Positions 18,473 through 30,693 of a stretch of 64,000 nucleotides of DNA are shown in pieces. Both the position numbers and the translations under genes were made by a program. The stretch is from Halioglobus sp. (GTDB lineage Bacteria; Pseudomonadota; Gammaproteobacteria; Pseudomonadales; Halieaceae): assembly GCA_039990395.1 (NCBI GenBank), contig JBDXFZ010000144.1, positions 37,469 to 101,468 on the forward strand, written 5' to 3'. Every line of letters starts with the position of its first letter. Within the stretch, counting starts at the first letter, position 1. The notes beneath the pieces are model-generated. The model saw nothing but the letters and a program-made list of their open reading frames with translations, was not told the origin of the DNA and did not search any database.

Positions 18473-20166
18473 TGTTCGAGTTCCCCCCTCGCTAATATTG
18501 AGCGAGTTCCATCAGATTGATGAAACGCATGGCAGCCCACGCAGTCCACTGCACTGAATCCCTTATCCTGAGAATGGCAGGTAAGACAGTTGTCCTGTCC
18601 GGGGATGAGAACATCACTAGCCTTCTCCGAAACGGAGGCCTCGTGGCAGGTTTCGCAGACCTCGTCTTCGTCTCCGGCAAGACTCAAATGACTCACGTGA
18701 TCAAAGCGGCTCTTGGGATACCAGTCGTCTATAATTTTTACTGGCTGAACGAACCAGCGATCACTTATGTCGGCAAGCCCCGTATCCATCACTTCATGAC
18801 AGGTGATACATCCTGTCTCTGCAAACTGATACTCAGCTTCTTTAAGTGCTTCGGCGCGACCACAGTCCAGCCCCGAACCCTGACATTCAGCCAGCCCTTC
18901 ACGTTTCCCTGGAACTCGCCTTGGCTTGGTTGCTGCACGCTGCTGCCTTAACACCGGATCGGTAAACTCTCTAATAAAATGCGCTTCCATCGCGACAATC
19001 GCTTCACGCAAGTTACCGTGTGGCAGCTCAATGTCTGGCTCAAAAACATCAAAATTGAGCGTGTGGCATGAACGGCAGTGCTGATCCATAGTAATCGGTT
19101 CAAAGTGTTCGCCATCGTCTTTCAGGGTATGGCAAGAGTCGCACTGAAGTGCATCCCCACTCTGTGCATCCTGTACCTTGTCGATATCCAGATGCACTGT
19201 GTGCGTGAACTTCAAATTTGATGCTTCTGCAATTTCACCTTCGCCCCGCCTTACGCGTTCAGTTGCCCAACCATGCGCTCCGCCGGGCCCCTGCGCAGTA
19301 AGCAACGACACGCGAAACTCCGGATGCGCAGCCTGCGTAAACGCTGAAACGCTGCCTGGTAGTGCAGCCATAGAAGTAACCCAAGTATCAGGGTCGGCGT
19401 GGCAATCTACGCACAAGCCATTATCCCGATTCACTATCTGAGGTGGCTCGTTGTGTTCGCGGTGACAACTACCACACCTTGCTTCCGCGAACACCTCAGT
19501 CTCGTGTAGCGAAACATCAACATGTTCACGCAGGTTTCGGTGACAATCCAGACACGTATCATCTTTTACCATTTTGAAAGGCTCAACGTGACACGCCTGA
19601 CAATCTTCGCTGATACCGGCGGTCTGATGCGCAGCTGCCAGCGGGCCTGAAGACCAGACTCCATCGTCAGGAAGGGGCGTCTGACGCAGCATAGAGGCAA
19701 GCTGGGGTGACAGCATGCCTCCAAGCGGTATCAGCAAAAACAGAGCCATCACGACCAGCAGTAGAATCCAGCTCAGGCGCCGAACGTTCCATATTCTGCT
19801 CTGCAACTCCATCCCATCAAGGAGAAAGGACGCTGGGGAGCTTGAGAGCGGCGTCTGCTCCAGCGCAAAATCAAATCCAACGGGGGCCGCCACCACCTCG
19901 AATCGAAAACCGCCAAATTCAAAATTGTCGCCTGCGGCAAGAGCTGCCTTGCTCGTTAATTTCTGATTGACGGTGAGCTGCGCTCGCTTTGACGTTATCT
20001 GCCAGTTATCGCCAGACGATCGCCAAATCTGAACACTACCCTTAGCGCCAACAATTTGAACCAGCGCGTTCTCGTCTCCGCCAAGAGTAAGGCTGTCTGC
20101 CTGAAACTCTGTTTCGGCAGCCTCGGCACTTTCACGACCCGTCTTCTTTCTGATAAGAAAATACAT
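18469..20166 (-). CDS. inner-membrane-anchored decaheme cytochrome c3-family protein with a ~120-aa cytoplasmic N-terminal domain
   Basis: One TM (LSWILLLVVMALFLLIPLGGML), then ten CXXCH motifs: CQACH, CLDCH, CGSCH, CVDCH, CDSCH, CRSCH, CITCH, CETCH, CLTCH, CVGCH. ATGA overlap with the next gene. Confidence 0.8.
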   Translation of the reverse strand: MYFLIRKKTGRESAEAAETEFQADSLTLGGDENALVQIVGAKGSVQIWRSSGDNWQITSKRAQLTVNQKLTSKAALAAGDNFEFGGFRFEVVAAPVGFDFALEQTPLSSSPASFLLDGMELQSRIWNVRRLSWILLLVVMALFLLIPLGGMLSPQLASMLRQTPLPDDGVWSSGPLAAAHQTAGISEDCQACHVEPFKMVKDDTCLDCHRNLREHVDVSLHETEVFAEARCGSCHREHNEPPQIVNRDNGLCVDCHADPDTWVTSMAALPGSVSAFTQAAHPEFRVSLLTAQGPGGAHGWATERVRRGEGEIAEASNLKFTHTVHLDIDKVQDAQSGDALQCDSCHTLKDDGEHFEPITMDQHCRSCHTLNFDVFEPDIELPHGNLREAIVAMEAHFIREFTDPVLRQQRAATKPRRVPGKREGLAECQGSGLDCGRAEALKEAEYQFAETGCITCHEVMDTGLADISDRWFVQPVKIIDDWYPKSRFDHVSHLSLAGDEDEVCETCHEASVSEKASDVLIPGQDNCLTCHSQDKGFSAVDCVGCHAFHQSDGTRSILARGELEQ

Positions 20167-20170
20167 AGCG

Positions 20171-21049
20171 CTACCAGTAGAGGAAAACGGAGATGATGTG
20201 AACCGTTAAAGCACCCAGCAGCGCTACGGTTAACGGAATATGTAACGCCAGCCATACTTTGACCAATCCACGAAGACGCGTGTCTCGCCTAAGTAGGTGG
20301 AGTACAAACTGTCGTCGGCCAAACAGGGCAAGAAGTTCATTCAGAACTTCGGCATCGGCCGCCTTTCTGGCGTCAGGGATACGCTTGGTCAGAACATCGA
20401 TAACAGCCGACTGCTCCGTGTTGGCGATCGGGCGACCCCCATCTGTTATCTGTACCATCGATTTATCGGTTGCGCGTAGCTGCTGCCATACGCCGCCACC
20501 CAGGCGCGTTAGCTCCAGCGCACTCACAACCATCAACTGTATGTCTGCATCCGTCCGGCGCACAACTTTACGGATTTCTTCATCCAGGTCTACAAGCTCT
20601 GCCAGCCACTGCTCGTTGTTTCTACCGGAACTGTTTTCGGCGATTCGCGTCGGCAAATGCATATACACATAGAGTCCGTAGACGCCAGATGCAATCACCA
20701 AACACATGAGCACGTAGGCTAATGTATGCACATTCCAGCCAAACTGAGCGGCGCAGTGCAGTGTCGCAATGATCAATAAGGCGATACCCAAATAGACGTG
20801 CGCCGACGTCCAACCCTGCACGGTGCCTATTGCGGAGCGGTACTTCCGTTTTCGAATACCTAGCAGGCTCAACCAGATAATCAGGCCAGCACCAACGGTT
20901 CCCAGCACATAGCCCTGCCAGGTACCTCCATTCGGTGGCTGACCTGGCTGAAAGGACTGAGAGACGTAGAGTGCTATACACACAACTGCAGCGAAGATTG
21001 ACCACTTCAAGTAACGTTGCTTTTGCCAACCTAAAAGGCTCTCTCGCAT
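20171..21049 (-). CDS. polytopic inner-membrane protein with conserved-looking intramembrane His (b-type heme candidate)
   Basis: 292 aa, about five TM helices. His residues lie in TM3 (SAHVYLG..TLHC), TM4 (NVHT) and TM5 (ALHIPL..TVHII). Only 2 nt separate it from the FAD/FeS protein gene and 4 nt from the decaheme gene. Confidence 0.6.
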   Translation of the reverse strand: MRESLLGWQKQRYLKWSIFAAVVCIALYVSQSFQPGQPPNGGTWQGYVLGTVGAGLIIWLSLLGIRKRKYRSAIGTVQGWTSAHVYLGIALLIIATLHCAAQFGWNVHTLAYVLMCLVIASGVYGLYVYMHLPTRIAENSSGRNNEQWLAELVDLDEEIRKVVRRTDADIQLMVVSALELTRLGGGVWQQLRATDKSMVQITDGGRPIANTEQSAVIDVLTKRIPDARKAADAEVLNELLALFGRRQFVLHLLRRDTRLRGLVKVWLALHIPLTVALLGALTVHIISVFLYW

Positions 21050-21051
21050 AG

Positions 21052-23532
21052 CTAGCGTGCCTCTACAAGTTCTACAAACTGCTCAGGCCCTACTCTAGTG
21101 GCAGCACCAGTAGGACAGGCGCGCACACAAGCGGGGCCACCCGCCTGCCCCATGCAGGCATCGCACTTAACGGCCTTTTTGACAGCATCGGCATCAGCTG
21201 GCTTCATGTTATCTGGCTCTCCAGGGCCAGAGCCTGCACCAAACATTAGCCACGATAGCAAGCCAGGTTTTGGTGGCGCCGGGTAACTAAGTTTAATTGC
21301 ATCATAGGGACAATTCGTCTCGCAGTTACCACAGCCTATACAGGTATCAGCAATGAATACCTGACCATCTGCTGCTCGGCGAATGGCGTCTGGCGGACAG
21401 TCTTTCATGCAATGCGGTAACTCGCAGTGCCTGCATGAAACCGGCACATGAAGATTGGCCATCGACGCTCCAGACTTTCTGTCTAGCCGTGATATGCCAC
21501 CATGAGTTTCCGCGCAGGCTTTTTCACAATTATCGCAACCTACACAAAGCGTTTCGTCGATAACCAAAGCATTAGTGGCCTCGCCCAACCCTTCTGCCAC
21601 GAGAAAGCCAACTGCCTTGGCCGACTCTGGCTGCGAGGCCATCACGTTGGATTTCTGAAGCAGCGTGCTCAATCTATCTTGAAGCACTTCTACGTAATCG
21701 GGCTGGCTGTTTACCAGCGCAAGAAACTCTGCCTTATGAATTTCCAAGGTCTCGGTACGTACTGCCGCAGTGGCCGTATCGCGACGCATCGGTGCGCCCA
21801 TTAGCGCCATTTGCCCTGCAAGCTCACCCGAATGCAGTTGAGCCAGCACCAGGTCTGCGCTACCTCGCGACAATACGATTGTGCCGCTGCGAATCAATTG
21901 CAGCGAATCGCCCTCTTCGCCCTCGCGAAAAACCGTTTCGCCAGCATTGTATTGACGGGCATCCGCCTTATCGGCAATCTCACCCAGCGCATCAATACTG
22001 AGGTTTGGCCTGAACGCCGACTGCAGCGCACGAATCTTGAATATGCGGTCAATTCCGGATCTGACGTCCTCATTAGAGTTCATCAGCTTAACCATAATCC
22101 GGCGAGGCGTTTCTATTAGGATTGCGTCTTCACTCACTACTGCATCCCCCTGTCTGGGGCGACCCGAGATCAAGCTCATCTCTCCAAAAAACTGCCCAGG
22201 CACGATGGTATGCCAGGGACCGTCTTTTTCGAGCTGCAGTTTCACTTCTCCTTCTACCAGCGTAAAGAAGCCGGTAGAAAACTCCCCGTGGCGATAAAGC
22301 GGTTCGCCAGCGGGTACAAATGCAGTGGAGCGCTCAGTAGGCGCAGGCATGCTGGCCAGTTGCTCCTTTGGCACACTTACCATAATCCGGCTCTCAATAA
22401 TCAACTCCCTGAAAGCCAGTGGATTCATGCGCCTGAACATCGGCACACGCTGCTGATATAGCGCGAGAACCTCTTCAGCGTCCATCACATAAGGCAGGCC
22501 CGAGAACTGATCCTGAAGCAATGGGTAGTCGGCAGGCTTGGTGTCCTTGCCGTGGATAAACTCCACTACGTCGTAGCCCTGATTCATCGCTTGCTTTATC
22601 AGCGGGTAACCACCGAGAGCGCCAATGATATACAAACCCGATACATTACTCTGATAGTGCCGATCTACATCCGGGGTTGCATCTGGGTTCTTACTGGTGA
22701 TTTCAATACCACAGGATTCCACGAACCGACGCGGTGGAACGGTCCCTAAGCGCGCGATAATTCTGTTGCATTCAATGCGTTCTTCACCAGAAGCGGTATT
22801 AAGTACGATCGCTCCCTTGCCATCGGTTTCAGCAGGTAGCTCGAGCGAGGAAACCGAGCTTTCATAGCGACAACTAAACGGATTGGATTTATCGTTGATA
22901 GCTGCCAACACATTATTCAGATTGCCGTCTTTCGCCCTGCTGAATTCGTTGCGCCGGTTGACAATGACGACCTTGTTTTGCTCCGAAAGCGCAATTGCGT
23001 TTTCAATCGCTGCATCACCCGCACCGATAACTACGATGGTTTCGTCTGTATAGTCTGCTGGATCATCGAGCGTATAAAGTACGAAGTCAGACTCACCATC
23101 TCCTGGCACACCAAGCGTTCTTGGGTTGCCTTGCGTTCCAATAGACAGAACAACGTGCTCGGCACGAATACTCTCGCCTGTTTGCAAAGCAAGTTCAAAG
23201 CTACCGCGCTCGCCCTGGATGGACACCACCTCGCTGTTATAGCGAATATTGATTCCACCCTCGATGCTATCAGACCACTTGCCCAGTATTTCTTCGCGCT
23301 TGCCCGCGTCAAAGGGAACCGGTGAGCGCAGCGCAAGAAAGCCAGGCTCATCCATTACATGCTTGCCTTTCTGGTATTTCTGAATGGTTTTAGCAAAAAC
23401 AGAAAAACCTTCTAGAAGCACATAAGAAGGAGTTTCCCTACCCTCTTCCCGGTCATACTCTGCAGCACGACCGGCGGCACTCAAGCCTGCAGGGCCCGCC
23501 CCTATAATTACAATGTGGTAATTGTCTGCCAA
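21052..23532 (-). CDS. fusion protein: FAD/NAD(P)H pyridine-nucleotide-disulfide-type oxidoreductase + 2 cyclic-nucleotide-binding domains + 4x[4Fe-4S] ferredoxin domain
   Basis: 826 aa. Rossmann motifs IVIIGAGPAGLSAA and VVIGAGDAAIENA. cNMP-like segments FFGEMSLISGRPRQGDAV and LAGQMALMGAPMRRDTATA. Cys clusters CVGCDNCEKAC, CRHCELPHCMKDCP, CIGCGNCETNCP, CDAC...CVRACP. Apparent TTG start preceded by AGGGG. Confidence 0.8.
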   Translation of the reverse strand: MADNYHIVIIGAGPAGLSAAGRAAEYDREEGRETPSYVLLEGFSVFAKTIQKYQKGKHVMDEPGFLALRSPVPFDAGKREEILGKWSDSIEGGINIRYNSEVVSIQGERGSFELALQTGESIRAEHVVLSIGTQGNPRTLGVPGDGESDFVLYTLDDPADYTDETIVVIGAGDAAIENAIALSEQNKVVIVNRRNEFSRAKDGNLNNVLAAINDKSNPFSCRYESSVSSLELPAETDGKGAIVLNTASGEERIECNRIIARLGTVPPRRFVESCGIEITSKNPDATPDVDRHYQSNVSGLYIIGALGGYPLIKQAMNQGYDVVEFIHGKDTKPADYPLLQDQFSGLPYVMDAEEVLALYQQRVPMFRRMNPLAFRELIIESRIMVSVPKEQLASMPAPTERSTAFVPAGEPLYRHGEFSTGFFTLVEGEVKLQLEKDGPWHTIVPGQFFGEMSLISGRPRQGDAVVSEDAILIETPRRIMVKLMNSNEDVRSGIDRIFKIRALQSAFRPNLSIDALGEIADKADARQYNAGETVFREGEEGDSLQLIRSGTIVLSRGSADLVLAQLHSGELAGQMALMGAPMRRDTATAAVRTETLEIHKAEFLALVNSQPDYVEVLQDRLSTLLQKSNVMASQPESAKAVGFLVAEGLGEATNALVIDETLCVGCDNCEKACAETHGGISRLDRKSGASMANLHVPVSCRHCELPHCMKDCPPDAIRRAADGQVFIADTCIGCGNCETNCPYDAIKLSYPAPPKPGLLSWLMFGAGSGPGEPDNMKPADADAVKKAVKCDACMGQAGGPACVRACPTGAATRVGPEQFVELVEAR

Positions 23533-23547
23533 CGTCGAAACCCCTAG

Positions 23548-28138
<4,591 letters not shown>

Positions 28139-28201
28139 ATTCCTCTACACACAAATAAGCAACGCAGTAACTGTAAAACCAAAGAATGCATAGACGGCGC
28201 C

Positions 28202-29752
28202 CTATCTGGAAACGAAGAAAAAGTCTCCCACCTCGTCACCCGCCCGCTTTATTGCTTTGAATTGCGGATTAAGGTCTGGCTGACGACTCTCGAGTGCATC
28301 CATTACATTTAGATACAGTGCCGGCGCTGTCAGCACCGATTTATTATTCACCAGCGCATCGATAAATGCGTCTGCAAACACCGAGGAATTGACGTTCCCG
28401 GTTTGTGGCAAGGGTGCATCCGTTCCAGAGGTAAAAAGTAAGCGTGAGCGATTTGGAAACCGGAGAGAGACATAGGCTTCGCTCTTGAGTTGCGCGGGAT
28501 CGCTCGTCAACAAAAACGCTGGGTTATCTGCAAGCAAGCCGGCAAAAGCCGAGTCGGCAACCACAATGATACGTTTAGCCTGTAGGCGCGCCAGATGCCC
28601 GCTGACCTGCTCAGTGGGAACCCAATAGGTATCGTTAGGCGGCAGCTGCGCATTTACCGGCAGCCAATATCCTACATCCAAAGAGCCGCTGCGCCGGCTA
28701 TTACCGTGGCCGGAATAGTAGATAAATAGATTGTCTTCGGGCTTGAGCACATCGTTCAATTGATTCAAGGCTTGCAGTAACGAGGCGTCGTCGCCATTGG
28801 TTACTGTTTTTACATTGAATCCGTACTGCTGCTCGAGAACCTTGGCCAAGCGACCAACATCTGAAACAGGTGTGTCGAGGTGACTGAGAAATTGATAGTC
28901 GTTGTTGCCGATCATTAATGCGTAGTAACGGCCGAAGTTGCGCCCATCTGCTGTTACTTCCTTGGCAGCGGTAGACGTTTGCTGAACACTAGCGGCCACC
29001 TGTTGAGTCACGTCCGTTTTGGCGCTTGAGGAACCCTTGGCGGCCATTCGTTGCTGGGCCTGCTGAGCAGCCTCGGCTTCAGCACGAGCGACTTTGGCTT
29101 CAATTTGCGCCGCCTCGGCTTCTGCCTTGGCGATCGAGGCCTCAGTTTTTGCGGCGTCAACCTCGTTGGCCAGCTTTGCATTGACCTCTGCCTGCGCCAA
29201 TAAGGCGCCCTCGGCCTCTGACCGATAGGTCAATTCATCTTCAGAGATCCCCCAGGCCTGGCGGTAATAGTTAAGTGCGGCAACCTTGTCCTCGGGAACA
29301 CCTCTGCCCATCTCGTATAAGGTACCGAGATTAAACAAAGCACCCTTATGGCCTTGATCAGCGGCCTTTTTGTACCACAGCAGAGCAACTTCATAATTGG
29401 GCTGTGTGCCTAGACCCTGCTCGAAAATCTCTCCGACGGTATTCTGTGCCTCGGCATCCCCACCTTCTGCCTCGGGTAGCCAAATCTTAAGTGCTGTTTT
29501 GTAATCAGCTCTATCGTAGGCGACGTACTCTCCACCTCTCACCCTGCAGTCAACGGCAGTGGTACGCACAGGGCGTCTTGGAGTCATGTAGGTGGTAGAG
29601 CCCAACTGCCTCAATTGCCCCGGTAGCAGGCAATCGACTATGTAGAGGTCTTTGACTTTAGCGTCGGCGGGAACGTCGGGCGCATTATTGGGGCTAGCAC
29701 AGGCAGTCAACAGCGCTGACGTGGCCAGTAATCGGATACTAAGCTTAATCAC
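28202..29752 (-). CDS. lipoprotein with Sel1 repeats, Ala/Glu coiled-coil and a caspase-like (peptidase C14) domain lacking the catalytic Cys
   Basis: Lipobox LLTAC. Sel1 segments AEAQNTVGEIFEQGLG..YEVALLWYKKAADQGH..ALFNLGTLYEMGRGV. The caspase His motif IYYSGHG is present, but the Cys motif reads VADSAFAG where DSCHSG is expected. Confidence 0.7.
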   Translation of the reverse strand: MIKLSIRLLATSALLTACASPNNAPDVPADAKVKDLYIVDCLLPGQLRQLGSTTYMTPRRPVRTTAVDCRVRGGEYVAYDRADYKTALKIWLPEAEGGDAEAQNTVGEIFEQGLGTQPNYEVALLWYKKAADQGHKGALFNLGTLYEMGRGVPEDKVAALNYYRQAWGISEDELTYRSEAEGALLAQAEVNAKLANEVDAAKTEASIAKAEAEAAQIEAKVARAEAEAAQQAQQRMAAKGSSSAKTDVTQQVAASVQQTSTAAKEVTADGRNFGRYYALMIGNNDYQFLSHLDTPVSDVGRLAKVLEQQYGFNVKTVTNGDDASLLQALNQLNDVLKPEDNLFIYYSGHGNSRRSGSLDVGYWLPVNAQLPPNDTYWVPTEQVSGHLARLQAKRIIVVADSAFAGLLADNPAFLLTSDPAQLKSEAYVSLRFPNRSRLLFTSGTDAPLPQTGNVNSSVFADAFIDALVNNKSVLTAPALYLNVMDALESRQPDLNPQFKAIKRAGDEVGDFFFVSR

Positions 29753-29796
29753 TTTTCCCCCAACTTAGCTGACCCACCCGCTATACTTCGGCTAAA

Positions 29797-30654
29797 ATGG
29801 TGAGACAACATATCAAAGTCCTTTTCCATAAAAGTAGTTCATATTTTCGTGTGGAGCAAACCATTAAGCACCTGCACGGCATTATTTTTGTCTTCCTGAT
29901 CACATCTTGTGCATCAACACCAAGTTTGCGCGACATATCGCTGCAGTACGATTTGTTGTGGGCCCCAGTTGAGACCAGCGGATTTACACTGCATGCCATT
30001 GCAAAGCCACTAGCCAAACCGGTAGATGATCTTCACATTTATATCGGCGGAGACGGCACGCCCTGGCAAGACAATAAGCCCACCGCAAACCCAACAGGCC
30101 GTCGCAATCTCACCATAGATCTATTACTTGCAGACTCTACACCTGCGATCTACCTGACCCGCCCTTGCTATCAGCTCATACACATGCCGCCTGAATGTCA
30201 CTCCGAGCTATGGACATCGGCACGCTACTCCGAGCCTGTAGTCCTTGCCATGGCAGATGCAATCACACAACTGGTAGACAAATGGAATCCCGACAGCTTT
30301 ACGCTGATTGGGTACAGTGGCGGCGGCGTATTGGCTCTGCTGGCGGCCGCCCAAATTGAGCCGCAGCCTAGGGTAATAACAGTTGCCAGCAACCTGGATA
30401 CAAAAGCCTGGACCGAGTTTCATGGGCATCTGCCATTGTCTGAATCATCAAACCCGCTTCTTGCGATACACAAAAGCGGCGGGGCAGGCCACACCCATTT
30501 GATTGGGGGAAAGGACAAGGTCGTCCCCCCGTCCACTGTTGAGAGCTACCGCTCAGCGCATCCGCTGGCGACATACCGATACTTCGAAGATTTCGACCAC
30601 CAATGCTGCTGGGCGGCGCATTGGCGTGAGATTTTGCGAGAGTCGACTCTATGA
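29797..30654 (+). CDS. alpha/beta-hydrolase-fold lipoprotein
   Basis: Nucleophile elbow LIGYSGGG and lipobox FLITSC. An alternative GTG start at 29851 would give a cleaner signal peptide. Confidence 0.6.
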   Translation: MVRQHIKVLFHKSSSYFRVEQTIKHLHGIIFVFLITSCASTPSLRDISLQYDLLWAPVETSGFTLHAIAKPLAKPVDDLHIYIGGDGTPWQDNKPTANPTGRRNLTIDLLLADSTPAIYLTRPCYQLIHMPPECHSELWTSARYSEPVVLAMADAITQLVDKWNPDSFTLIGYSGGGVLALLAAAQIEPQPRVITVASNLDTKAWTEFHGHLPLSESSNPLLAIHKSGGAGHTHLIGGKDKVVPPSTVESYRSAHPLATYRYFEDFDHQCCWAAHWREILRESTL

Positions 30655-30693
30655 GTGTTTCACACTGACCTAGCCGATAATATCTGAATGCAA

